A stretch of 64,000 nt of DNA from Gnetum montanum. Its lineage: Eukaryota; Plantae; Gnetophyta. The position numbers and the translations under genes are program-made. The stretch's first letter is position 1, and each line of letters begins with the position of its first letter. The notes under the pieces are model-generated. The model did not search any database. It worked only from the letters and a program-made list of their open reading frames with translations, and was not told the origin of the DNA. Of this stretch, positions 13,725 through 26,612 are shown one piece after another. The stretch spans positions 164,537 through 228,536 of the forward strand of contig MNCI01000189.1 of assembly GCA_015680685.1 (NCBI GenBank), read 5' to 3'.

Positions 13725-14133
13725 CTGCAAAATCGCCAAGCGTGTAAATGATTAGCATGACGTGGTGTTGTCGAACGCGGAAAGCTAACTGAATTTTGAA
13801 TTTTGTGAACAGGCTATGATTAATGCTACCCGATTACGAGGCAATAAGATGTGATAGTTTAACGTCATTTCGGACAGTGGTGCATGCAATATCTACCGCC
13901 GCATTAATACCTTAATCTTCGAGTTTCATTTTAGAAAAGTCCCATTGAAATCGGATATCAAGTCGGTGATTTTCGCATATAAGTGAGTAGTTTTCTATGA
14001 GAACGAGCTGCTGGCTGTCGTGAATCCAAATTCTAAACTATTACAAAGCGAGAGAAAGAGGAGCAGAAGATTGGAATGCGTAGTTTGTGAAGACATGAAC
14101 ATGTGAAGCTGTGAAGATTTTGAAGCTGTGACA

Positions 14134-17100
14134 ATGGCACCTAAAACGAAAAGGAAGAACATGAAATTGGCTGAGATCGACGAGGTGCAAGAGAATCTGG
14201 AGCGCGCTTCGCAAGCAGTGATTGAAGTGAGGGACCCTACGCCATTGAACTGGTAGGTCGTTTCTTGCATATTTGTGTTATCCTAGCAATGTTTATTGTT
14301 GTAGCGTCATTCGCGTAAACGAGGGTTTTAGACTACGGACCTCGCGTTAAGACGAGGGTTTAATAGAGTTGCGTCTATCGTCGTTGCCAAGGACAAACCT
14401 TGCGCTGTTGCAAGGGTTTGGGTGATTTCGGCATGGAGAACTAAGCGTAATCTATAGGTTTTCTGTATTTAAACATGCAAATGTAAATCTAGGCGTTGAT
14501 CTGTATATTGTGTTTTCTGTACAGTATTATGCTAAAGCCTATCTTAATCGTCTTGGATATTGTTGGGGTTCTGTGCTGTATAAACCCGATCGTGCCTAAT
14601 GTCCCTCCCCCGCAAACTCGGTTGCATGGGAGGGCCATATGGTTTTGAAAGGTTGCGCTGGAGTTTCTGCAGTTCTTACTGCACAACTACAGCATTATTA
14701 TATGGTCTAATTTGTCAGGTGATATTGCGGGTGCCATTCTGGAGCACCTGCTAGTGGGTTCTGCATAGGGGATTCTAGCTTTCTTGACAGACGGAGCCAT
14801 CGATACTGGTAGTTCCGAGGACCGAGAACTTAGCGCCCGAGGTTTGAGGTGCTTAAGTTGGATCTGGGAAATGGCCCAGTTTAGTTGCTATCACACATAT
14901 AACACTTTGTTCGTGGCCCGTCATGTCTCGACCTATTTCCAGAACCCAGTAGGCACTGTGTATTATTCAGACGAGTAAGTAGTTTTGTTAACTGTATTTT
15001 TGTTATGTGTCTATTGTCTGAGTTTTGTAAAGCATAAGATAAATCCATGTGGTATGGTGCAGGTTTTTTATTCATGAGAACAAGTTAGTAGGAGATGGTG
15101 ATACGTTGTCATGGACCGAAACGGTAATAAAGGCATTTACCTCAACTAGCAACGTACGCGCTGGTGTGATGGGGTAGATCGGCTTCGACATTCATGAGTA
15201 GCCCACCCGCTATGCTGACGCTTCTGAGAATTGCCAGAATCTCGAGTGGCTACATGATGAATGGACCTTAGATCTGCCCCTTACCGTTGAGGATGTGCAG
15301 AGGAACCTTCCTCCATTTCCTTTGCCATTTGGACCTGGTAAAACTACTGTGTATTTTATTGTTGCGTGGTGTAGTTGTGAATTGTGAACGCTGCGTAATA
15401 GTATTTTTGTTTGACCTGTGTCTCACGTTGTTCAGTCAGGGATTCCCGGGAGATTACCCTTACAATTTTTGGCCACGAGGCGAATACCGTCCTCTTCCGC
15501 TACGGCGACATCAAGGATGCATAATGCTGGCTCGGCCATGTGGCGGCCCCGGTTGCGGTGGTCACCAAGATCAGAGAAGCGAGGCTAATGCATTTATTTT
15601 TAGCCGCAACTCCTGATATCCCCACCAGTGAAATGCTAACCCTGGTCAACTCCTTTAGCCCAAAGGCAGAGCGTTTTTGCACGCGTGTGCATAACGTGCG
15701 TGTAAGCTTTGACATTGACACTCAGCTTTTTGCAAACCTTTTTGGTGTCCCCTCTAACGGCCTTCCCATAGACGAGAAGGCGAAGAGGAGTCTCGACTGT
15801 CAGAAATGGCTGGAGGAGTGGGTGAGGGTCCAGAAGGAGACTAAAGGGATTCCTTGTGAAAGAATCAAACTAGGAGTTGCCAAGATAGTTTATCCCCTTT
15901 TCCGGGCCCGGGCTTTCCCCAAAACGTTCTCGCAAGGGAAGTTCTTTTCCATAGAGCAAACCCATATTATGCGGGAGGTTCTGGAAGAAGGGACCCAGTT
16001 CAATTGGGCAAGCTACTTTGCTGTGGGACTACGCACTGAGATGATCAGGCTTCGCAAGAAGCTCGAGTCTCGTTTCAATGTGCATTATGTCTTCTACATA
16101 ACTTGCCTTCAGCGTTTTGCTGAGTTTTTGGTCGTCCAAAGGGATGGGGTCTGGGTGCAACAGGACCGAGACCAGCTATCCAAACCTTCGATTACACATA
16201 TCCTCAGCACTACCCGTGGGCAGGATCCTCCGGAAGGGATTGGGGAATCTCTTTCTATAACGACCAAAGGTTTGGCGGTGTCTCAAGTGCGAGGCCTCAA
16301 CAGTGTAGGTGGGATAATGCCTACTTACACTGGCGATGCGTCGTGAGGGAAACGCATGGCGGCAGAAATTGTAGAACCTGTAGCTCGGCGTAAAAGGCTC
16401 CGTATAGCCGAGGCTTCTTCGAAGCCTGGGAGAGGCATGAGCCGAACTGTGGGGGTCAGAGTTCAGCGGAGTAAGCCTCCACCTGGTAAGCGTGAAGAAA
16501 TGTATTGAAGGTTATACTATGCAACGTCTATTTAGGATATTTTGAATGATATATTAACAGTATTGTGATATGACCAGTGAAAATTACGGAGCAGCTGACC
16601 CCTGAAACAGGGGCAGTGATACTAAGTCGAGGGGAGGGGGCCCCAGTTTTAGAAAAAGAGGCCCCAGCTATTGAGACAAGCACCACACAGACTCATGTGC
16701 ATGAGGAGGCCCCAACTAGAGGGGCAAGCGAAGCACAGACCCTTGTGCGTGAAGAGGGGAGGGAGACAGAAGAGGTTGGTCGGGTCGCCACTGTTATTGG
16801 TAGAGGTAATGAGCATGTTAGAAGTTTTGCAGAATTCTGTTAATAATTATAGTTTCTAACTTGACTACACCACAGGAGAAGAGGATGCATCCACGTCCGC
16901 CACTGTGAGCAGAGCATGGAGAGACTTTCCTGACAAGTTCACCTTCATGGAAGGCATTGTCAATGATATGATTGAGCGCCTCGAGCGCGTTGATCCTGAA
17001 GCTGGTACGTTGAAGCTATAAAAGGTTTGTTGTATTATACAGTAGTAATGTGTCATGTATATTGATAATATTTGCTATTAGGAGCTCGCCTTCGATAGGA

Positions 17101-18215
17101 CCCAACGAAGCCCATTGATTTGGACACAGTGGAGCCTCCATCGGATGGGGCGGCTGTGCCATGTCACATTTATGAGGAGATGTGTAAATGTGCATTACGC
17201 TCGACCCGCTCCTTATGGGAGAGTAAGGGTGTAAATGAACACCTTTGGAAAAGGCTGCTGAGGTCAGAGCAGAAGATTGAGTCTCTGACCAAAGAGGTCG
17301 GGGACCTGAAGTCACGATGCGAATTCCTACAGGCGCGGGAGACAGGCGATGAGGACTGGCATACTGCTGTTATTGACTACTCCCATTATTGGACCACCAT
17401 CAAAAACAGCGTGCAAACTAGTCGAGCGTTGGTAGAGTAGCGGATGCAGATAGAGCTCCTAGCTCAGAAAAGCTAAGATTGGAGGGATTACTGTGCAAGT
17501 GTGCAAGAGTGGGGGTAGAAGGAAAAGGACCACAAACATTTGTATAAGTGAGAAAGCATCGCTTATCGTAAACTTTATCGTGATTCTGCCATTAAAGCTC
17601 AATCCTTGCAAGTGTTCCTTGATGTCATTGGAGCATCCGAAGCTTTCAAGAAGTTCCAAGAGCAGGTGACTATAAGTGCATCCCCGGAAAGGGAGGTGAC
17701 TTTCCCCAGGGGCCAAACTAGCGTCCCTACATTCTTTCCTGACCCGCCTCGCTAGACTAGCGTGGAGAAAGGAAAGGTGAAGGCTGGAGCCGCTCTTGGG
17801 GATGAGGTATGGTCTGATCTGACTGAGGATCAGATTATGGAGCGCCTGTGGGCCGGCTTAGATAAGCTTCCCTTTGCTGCGGAAGCAGGGCATTCGCAAG
17901 TAAGTTTATGCATGACTAAATCTAAATTTTCTAGTTGTGTTGTCAAGTTTTGTTTTTTGCTGACATGTTTTCTGTATCTAGGTACCAAAAGAGAATAGAG
18001 AAGGCGAGCAAGCTGAGGAGCAAGTACAAGAGGAAAAACGCAGCGATGAAGAGCATCCTCCCGTGGAGCCGACACTAGAGTAGGGACCTCATGAAGAGGG
18101 GATTCCTTGTGAAGGAATACTTCCCAGGAGAGAAGGCCCACTAGAGGACGATTTATTAGGACTAGAGCTAGACTTAAGAGATACTGGTGACAGTGGCATT
18201 AGGGGAGATGCGTAA
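14134..18215 (+). pseudogene. Antisense multi-exon accessory gene inside the young Tat element (~1000 aa, unknown function)
   Basis: Exons 14134-14252, 14719-14974, 15063-15337, 15436-16485, 16578-16805, 16876-17004, 17082-17899, 17982-18215. GT-AG introns; phases are compatible from exon 2 to 8, while the exon 1-2 junction is unresolved. About a dozen in-frame stops, no frameshift seen. Homologous to 26613-30120. Confidence 0.8.
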
Positions 18216-18410
18216 TTGTGGTTTACGCGTGATTCCATTGATTGTTGCTAACCATGTTTATGCGAATGACTGAAAAAAAAACTAGCTATAAGATTTTCTG
18301 CTATTTTAAATGTCTACTTAATTCTTTTTTGTTTTTTGGGTGTTTATCTGCAAAGCGTAAGCATAGTTATTAACGATTTTGCCTAAGTTATGGTGGCGAT
18401 GGAATGAAAT

Positions 18411-18617
18411 TGCTAGTTTAAGGCCATTGCAGGCCGTTACTAGTTTTAGGCCATTGCGGGCCATTACTGGAGTTTGCGTAATCTGGAAACTAGTTTTAGG
18501 TCATTGCAGGCCGTCATAAGCATTTGTGTGAACTGGAAATTAGTTTAAGGCCGTTGCGAGACACGACTAGTTTAAGGCCATTGCGGGCCCTGGCTAGTTT
18601 AAGGTCGTTGCGAGCCC
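18411..18617. repeat. Second motif array (CTAGTTTAAGGCCATTGCGGGCC-like) between the PR stop and the antisense gene end
   Basis: About 6 copies; equivalent array at 30285-30535 in the old element. Confidence 0.85.
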
Positions 18618-18850
18618 TTTGCGTAATATAGGAAGCTTAAATGGTAACAGTATACAATTCTGCGTAATTAGGCTAAAGTGATTAAGCAACATGAATAGCG
18701 TACGTAAAAGAAATGCAATAGCGTAAAGAGGTGGCAAGCATAAAAATTGAAAAATTTTATAGCGTAAATATGTATTGAATGAAACACAGAATGCTGAATG
18801 CAAACGGCGATAGCTGATAAAAACGTGATAATGTGCGTAAATGCCATTCT

Positions 18851-21800
18851 TCAACCATCAATCCTCAGTTGTCTCTTAATGGCCTTCATGTTGAGTGTTG
18901 TGTAAGGACGGGGGGATTTACGATCTGACTCCTCTACGTTGCCATCCTGAAATGGCAGGTTGGCCCAGGCTAGACTGTCATCATTAGTGTCGATTTGTTG
19001 AGGGATTTGGGGATAGGTTTGATCATCCGATGTTTCTATCTCTGAATCCCGTTCTTCTTCAATGTTGTTGACAGTCCTGGGGGTGGTTTCATCACCGCGT
19101 ATTACAACCTCCCCTCCAGCGTAGGGTAGGTGTATCTCTTGGTGTATCGGTGATGAAACCGCCCTCAGCTGGGCTAACCACGACCTCCCTAAGATCAAGT
19201 TAAACCCAGGCATCTCCTCGACGACTAGGAATGTGGCCTCTGTTGGGAATTGATCTCCTGCCATAAATTCGATACGGACCATCCCTTTGACCTGAACCCT
19301 TGCCCCATTGAACGATTTTACGCAAGCTATCGTCGTGGGAGTGATCTGGTCGACCAGCCCAGCCTATCCACAATGGAATAAGAAATGACGTTTGTAGCCA
19401 CGCCGTCGTCCACGTGTACCCTCCGGATCAGGTACTGACCGACTCGAATGGTGATGAACATGGGTTCAGTGGTCACTTGACCTTTCTCAGGATCATCTTT
19501 AATGGACCCGTCGTAAAAGATCAGCGAAGTAGGCGTAGGTTGCTCGGCTTCGGAAGGAAACATGACAGCGTGTATCGTTTCCTCCTCTGCTGGTAAGCTT
19601 TCATCCACAAATATGGATGTCAACATGCGGACCATAGCCTCACGGTGTTCTCGGGATGTCATAAGCAGGTCATAGAGGCTCAGTGTTGTATTTTTTTGTT
19701 TGAGAGCCTGTTTGACCAGCGTAAACACATCGAGGAGGTTCTTTTCCCAGCTGGGTTGTTTATCTCCCTTATCCTCTTCCATTCGGCCCAAGAGACGAAT
19801 CTCCCAAGGTGGAACGGTGTCAATCGGGGGGTTGTTCTTTTTCTTGCCAGGAGGAGGTGGTCGCGTTTCCACACCTTCATTCTGTTTCTAAAGTACAGGC
19901 GAAGGCACAGAGGCCAGGGGCCTAGGCTTAGGGAAGCTGAGCGTAAAATGACCTTTCGTCGCGTTAACAGATGTGTCCTCTCCCTTTCGCTTGTCAGGTG
20001 ATGGTTGACAATTTTGGTTAGAAGTTTGCCCCTGCGTGAGAGGAGCAGCCGGTGGTTTTCGTGCCCTAATGATGAAGGGTGTCCTAGGCATGGGCGCGGA
20101 TGATGCCGCGGCTTGTCTGTTACTATGTGGCTAAGTGGTATTCTGAGAAGGTGCCCGAATGATGAATGGTAGCCTTGAGATGCCACTGGCTACCGATGAA
20201 AGGTTTGTCCCCCTTGGCGAGTTGGTAGGTACACGTAAGACAAATGGTTGTTTGGGTGATACCTTCCTCTCGCCATCCATACTCACCACATTGATTGTAT
20301 AAGGTGCGTCGTTTGCGTTCAACAGATCTTTATACACGTGCAATGCCTGGTTTTTCGGACACGTTGGACTACTACCATCTAGTTTCAGATGACCATCATC
20401 GATCATGCGTTGAACGTCATCCTTCAACGCCCAGCAGTAATCTGTGTCGTGACCACACAACTGGTGATAGTCACAAAAACGGTCCAGCCTGAAAGATTTT
20501 GGAACTGGTGGTTCGTTAGGCAGGGCTAAAGAAGGATTCTTTAGCAGTTCACAATGACGTATGTGATGCTTTAGAGCTTCTTCGAATACCCTTTTGGGTT
20601 GCATATATCCGACCCCTAACAATTGTTTCAATAGTTTCGAATGTTTTACAGGGAGGGCTGTATACTTTGAGCGGTCCTTACGCTCAAAGTTTGGTTTTGG
20701 CTGGGGGGACTTCAGGGGTAGCTATGTCCTGGCTAGTGCTACCTGCACTAGCCGTGGTCTCAGGAGGTGCCGTAGCTACCTTCTTGTTCTTGTTCTTTGC
20801 GTCCTTGGCCAGCGCAGCCACTGTCATTGTAGTCACTTTGCCTTTGTCCTTGCCTTTGTTGTGAGCGTTTTTGTAGGCAACATATGTCGGGTCTTTGCTG
20901 GCCTCTGCAGCATCTTGGATGCTTCTAATCTGAGCGGAGGCCTGATGTAAAGAGTTAGGGGAAAGATAATACAGCTTTGACTTGATAAAGTCATTGACTG
21001 CTCCTTTGAAGATGGCCAATAAGTGTGGCTCTACGATTGGCTCACGGATTTCATTCAAAGTAGCATTCCAGCGCTGTATGAACTTCTGGACTGGCTCGAG
21101 GGGGTCTTGTTTCACTCCCATGAGTTGATCCAATGTGACTTCCAACTTTAAGTTGTACTTAAAGTGACTCACGAATTGTGTCAGCAGCTCTTCCAATGTC
21201 GAAATGGAAGAGCGTGGGAGGGCTCGATACCAATCTAGAGCTTTCCCTGTCAAGGACATAGCAAAGACGCGGATAATCGTGTGAGGCCACTATTGTAGCA
21301 ACAAGGACTCGGATTTAAAGGTGGCTAAATGAGCATTGGGATCCCCTTCCCCATTATACTTGGTAAAATGAGGTAAGGACATCCCCGGCGGCAACGACAG
21401 CATAGGGACCGCTGAGCTAATAGGATCATCTTGGTAGAAGTCCATGATCTGTACAGTGTCTGAGCCAACGGCCTTAAGATGCCTAACCTCCTCGGTGAGG
21501 GTTTGAATAAGTAGAAAGGCTTGGTCCAGACCTGTTGCTAGAGGTGTTTGTGTAGGAGGAGCAGGGAGCTGACCTGGGAAAGCTGTACCAGGCAGTGGAA
21601 ATGGTGGGATGGTTTGGCCGGTAGACGGTGGGACGAGGATCCCTACAGGCAGGGGTACCTGTGTAGAACACCATCCACTGGTTTGGGTAGAGCGATTAGC
21701 CACCGCCGGCTGCGCGGGATAAGGATAGCGATATCGTGGGATCGCTTGCGGAATTTGCGTTGCGGGTGCCATCGAGGGTTGCACACCGTACACCGTAGAC

Positions 21801-22639
21801 TAGTTGTGTTGTGCCACGGGGTAGGTCCACTAACTCGCGGCAGGCTGTTGGATAGGTATCTGTGGCCACACGACGGTGGTGATCTGTTGGGTTGGAGGGG
21901 GCGGTAGCGATAAGGTCTGCATCAGACGAGTTGTGGACATGGTTTGGGGTTAGATCTGAGGGATAAAATGGGGCACAGTGGTCGCTGGAACCACCGCTGG
22001 AATGCTGAGTACACGTGGCGATGAAACCGCCCCCATGTTGTTGTGGGATATTTGCATTTGTAGCCCAGATGGCTGCGCAATGGCTTGTGGAATGATAGGG
22101 AAGTGCGTCTGTGTGAGCATGGCTGGGTCAAGAGGAACGGCCTCTCCGTTGAAGGGAAACAGGGGATTTATGTACATGTGGGGGCTCAGAGTATGGAACG
22201 AATGTTCAGATTGGGCTGCAAATTCATTCTCTTCCTCCTCCCCATTCTGGGGCTCCAACGTAGCCCGTGAAGCCTGGCCCTTGGCCATGACCAACTGTGT
22301 TATAATTTCATGTTGATGTTCGGTCAAAGGGATAATGTCATAGGCTGTTGGGGTGAAATCGTGACCTCCTCGATGGATCATCTCAAAGTTTCTTTTTGCT
22401 TCAATCTCGGCTCGGCTAAGGGCAAGCTTTGCCTAGATCTTAACGCAGATGAAGTTGTATTCTTCAGGGGTCATGACCGTGAAAACAGGGTCTTTGCCCT
22501 GCAGTCTCAATGACCTGTGCAATGGTCCCTACGGTCCTGCTGCACCAGCAGCTAGTTTGGTGACAGCGATAGGGTTCACAAATGTGGTACCCACATCAGC
22601 GGCGACCATGGCGGTTGTGGTTGTGTATACGGAATCCAT
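18851..22639 (-). pseudogene. gag-protease of the young Tat element
   Basis: Capsid (KYNGEGDPNAHL, ALDWYRALP), CDYHQLCGHDTDYC knuckle, protease VHVDDG and LILGRSWL. In-frame stops plus frameshifts near 20700 and 19335; ATG at 22639. Confidence 0.9.
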
Positions 22640-22858
22640 TGATCGAGTGGATTAGCTGTGACAAATGACGGGATCTAATAAGCGGCTGACAAAAAGATCG
22701 CAAATAGGCTTTCTGCCCTGTAGGATTCCAAGGGAATCGTTCCTGTGACCGATCTACACCACACGACTTGCCGTAAACTTCCCTAGAGGTATTACGTTTA
22801 TGGTTTTGGGTATAAATTGCTGACAGGGCTACCCGAAAAATATGGATCGGAGCCTAGG

Positions 22859-22875
22859 CCCTCCTTCTAGCGCCA
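22859..22875 (-). promoter_or_regulatory. Primer binding site TGGCGCTAGAAGGAGGG
   Basis: TGG-initiated motif next to the 5' LTR; the same motif occurs in the old element (33322-33337). Cognate tRNA not assigned. Confidence 0.8.
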
Positions 22876-22881
22876 GAAAAC

Positions 22882-24463
22882 TGTAACGATGGAAAATGTC
22901 GGCAGTTGGAAAATACCAAATAAAATCTCGTGAACATAGTTTTAACCACGGATCCGTACGAGGGCTGTGCTGGAAAAACGAATCCACGGTGCCCTGAACG
23001 GTCTTGTCGATCAGACAGGAACTTACTAAATCAGTAAACCGATGGAGATTGTGAATATTTCGTGGATTGATCTAATTCGACGGGTCACAAAATGAGAGAG
23101 AAACGATGCAGATGAATTATAATGATGATAACGCTAACACGATAAAAGGAATCAGACACAAGGAAAATGCGTGATTGCAAGATCTATGGTTTGACCCAGA
23201 AAAATGAGTATTTTGTATATTCCGGTTACACTGGGGAGACCCCGAATTGTTTTGTATGAAGCAAACACAAAGTAACAAGAAAACTGTCTAAGCAGAAATG
23301 TAGAATGGGGCCGATCTACCTCGTAGGCCAGAGATGGGATGCAAGGAAGGTCAAATTCTGACGTCTATTGATCAACTACTTCTGACCAATAGAAACTCAC
23401 AAACCACACCAAATGATCTTTTGATCTCTGGTCTACTCCTTTCGCCTTAGGTAGTCTTTGCTCGAAGCTGCCGACGATCACCAATGGAGAAAGTTGTGTC
23501 TTCGCCAAAGGGGGAATCGCTCCTGCTATCAATGCTTAAGCAAAAAAAAACTCTCTGTTTCTGCTAGAAGGCAATGTTGCCAAAAATTACTAAGATGCTG
23601 CTCTCTCTGTTTTTTTTTTTGCCTTCTCTCTGTTTGTTCTCCCTTTTTTTTTTCTGTTTGCTGCTAACTGAAGTATTTATAGGTTTGACGACGTGTGGAG
23701 AAGGTCTGGGCATGTTTCAAACTTTTTGAAACGCCGTTGACCTAACCAACTTCATGTTGAATTTTGTGATTACGCACAATACGCTCATTTGCATACTGTG
23801 CGTGTGAGTAACAACTGTGCGTCAGATATGTTTCAGCTGACTTTGGGCTATATTACGCTCATTCGTAGCGCATCGCATTCAAGAGCGTAACAAAGCATGA
23901 AGATAATAGATTCAAGCTGCTTTACGCTCATTTACACCGCCGTGCGTAGTGAAGTGTAAGCAATGATTATTTTGACGATGACTTACGCTGACACACGCTG
24001 CATTGCATAACAAGCGTAAGGCGGCTAATATGTAAAAAAGAAATGTGTCGGTCTACTGTGTGTCTTTGGTCTCTCTCTGACTTTTTCGATGCTCATTACG
24101 CTTCCATGCCTAATAGAGTGTAAACTCGGCCTTGGACAAAAGACTTAGCCAAAATATATGAGAAGTCGCATATTACGCTACTTAAGCCTTTAGGCTTCAC
24201 CAAATCCACTGAAGTAAACTACCTTCTAATGTTAGACTACGTTACGCTGAGCGTCATTACACCACATTGCATACTATAGCGTAAAGACGGAAAACATAGT
24301 AAGATAAGAAATCTACGAAGAAAAAAGCAAAATCTTGATGCCGCGCGCCTCCTTGCCTTGCCCTATCTTGTTCTTCTTTCTGGCATTCTGTCATGTACTC
24401 TTGCCCAAATCACGAATCACGAATCTTTGCCTGAGGCCGACTTGCAATTTTCACGGTGTTTCA
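22882..24463 (-). repeat. 5' LTR of the young Tat-type element
   Basis: TGTAAC...GTTTCA; minus-strand TATA (CCTATAAATAC) near 23673-23683. Confidence 0.95.
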
Positions 24464-24468
24464 TTTGT

Positions 24469-25850
24469 TGTTATGGCTTGGAGTACATTGTTTTTGCAAA
24501 TGATATTAACTTGACTATGGAAGAGGCAATGCCTTCACTTCTTCAGTGAGAAGACTAGGGTGAGGTAGTGCTTTTCCACATTATTGTATTTCACCTCATG
24601 GGCTACTAATGTGTGGATCAAGTAATAAACCTGAACCTCTATGCCATGAGCTTACTTTTGGCAAAGCAAAGAAGCCATGGACACATCAGAAGTGATGAGG
24701 TAGATGTAAAAAGGTTTATCTCCTTATGAGGGGTAAACCATAGGCAATTGTGCCAGCTCTTACTTAAGGTTTTCAAATGCTTGTTGGCACTGAGTGGTCC
24801 ACTTGAACTGGGCTCCTTTCTTCAGTAGATGTTGCATTGCCTATAGCTTGTTAGTTAACCTGGCAATAAACCTACGTATGAATTGTAACCTACCTTGCAA
24901 CCTTCATACCTCTTCATAGCCTTAACCTATGTCAGGGTCTATGCATATTCCTACTTTAGATACTACAAAGCCAAGCATCTGACCTACTCAAACATCAAAA
25001 ACATACTTCTTGGGGTTTAACCTAAGCTTGTATTTTAGGCAGCATTTAAACATTAGTTCTAGATCATTTGCATGGCTATGGATCACTTTGGACTTAATGG
25101 CAATGTCATCGATGTACTAGTTGAGAAAAATAAGCATGTAGTCACTAAAGATGTACATCATTATGTGTTGATATGTTGCTCCTATGTTCTTGAGTCCAAA
25201 AGGCATCATGGTATAGCAAAACATACCCCAGGTGGTCATGAAGGTTGTGTTGAGTTGGTACTTAGGGTTGATCCCAATCTGGTTATAGCTTGAAAACCCA
25301 TCTATGAAGGACAATAAGGCATGCCTGGCCGTGGTATCAATCAGTTGGTTGATATTGGGCAACAGGAAGTTTTCTTTAATGGTTACCTTGTTTAAGTCCC
25401 AAAATTTTATGCAAATGCATATACTTCTATTTTTCTTAGGTACAACTATGATATTAGAGATCTAGCTTATAGTCAACAGCCCAAATGGAACTAGCTTTGT
25501 AAAGCTTGGTGATCTCGTCATGAACTGCCAACACCACCTCAAATCTAACCTTGCATACTTTTTGCTTAACTAGTTTGATGTAGGGATCAAGGATAATATT
25601 GTATTGGACTAGCTAAGGGTCTAGGCCTGGCATATCCTTGTATGACCATACAAAGACTTTGATATTATCATTAAGCACTTTAGCGATGTCTTGGACATGC
25701 TAGGGCTCTAGCGAGGAACTTAACTTCAATGTTTTCACCTCACCATTTGGTGTTGCCATAAGGATCTCAATAAGGGGATCCTCTATGACATCCCCTGCCT
25801 CTAGATCAAAAGCCATTATGCGCTAGGGCATAGCCACTAGCGGCCATGAC
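24469..25850 (-). pseudogene. Degenerate RT-RH of the old Tat element
   Basis: LSFIDGFSSYNQIGINP...MPFGLKN, YIDD; colinear with the young RT. Confidence 0.9.
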
Positions 25851-26612
25851 TAGCATTATGCGTCATTATCTCTCTTTCTACTTTTTTTGTTTTTCATTTC
25901 TTTTGGTTTTGTTGTGAGGTTAGGGATTTGGGGATTAGGATCCCGAGAATGGCACATCATGGCACAACTGTAGGGGATGTGGGGTTCTATGCTTTTTATG
26001 TCACAATGCTACCATGGGGGCCATGGCCACCATTGCACACTACGGTGTAGCTATGATCAGTGCCATTATTTTTTATTTTTTTCTAGTTGTTGGGGTAGCA
26101 GTGGAGGTGCATCTTTCCATGACGGTAAGTCAAAGTGGGTTGCTAGTGAAATTCCATGGGAAGAATATGCTCTCCATGTGTTGAGAGTGTAGAATGCTCA
26201 GTGTTTGCTAAAATTCCTATCTTCTCAAGTGTTTGCCAAAATGTTTGTCCAATTACACTCTCCACAAAGCATAGCTGGGGTAGTCCCAAAGTTAGTCAAA
26301 ATTTAGGCATTTTTGGACTACACTCTCCATTAAGGTACTCCAAAGTTAGAAAAATTCTACCAAAATTTTGTTAACTATGCATGATGCTAAACTTGCAAAA
26401 TGTGGAACTAAGCCTATATAAAACGTGCTATATCCCAATGAGTACTAGGTGCAACGAATGAATTAAGCGACATCCTACACCTATGGGGCCCTACAGTGTA
26501 TTGCCAAAATTGCATTTCTACTAGCTTATGTTAATAATTTGTAATGTATGTATCAAAATTTTGCATCTATGCATGTATACTAACACTTTGCCTGTTGCTT
26601 GTTAATTGCAAG

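Larger units (their letters stand above)
6937..24463 (-). mobile_element. Full-length (17.5 kb) Ty3/gypsy Tat-type LTR retrotransposon: gag-PR / [antisense gene] / RT-RH-aRH-INT
   Basis: LTRs 6937-8524 and 22882-24463. Near-TSD TTTTT (6932-6936) / TTTGT (24464-24468); removing the element restores the host RH frame. PBS 22859-22875 and PPT 8525-8540. Confidence 0.95.
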
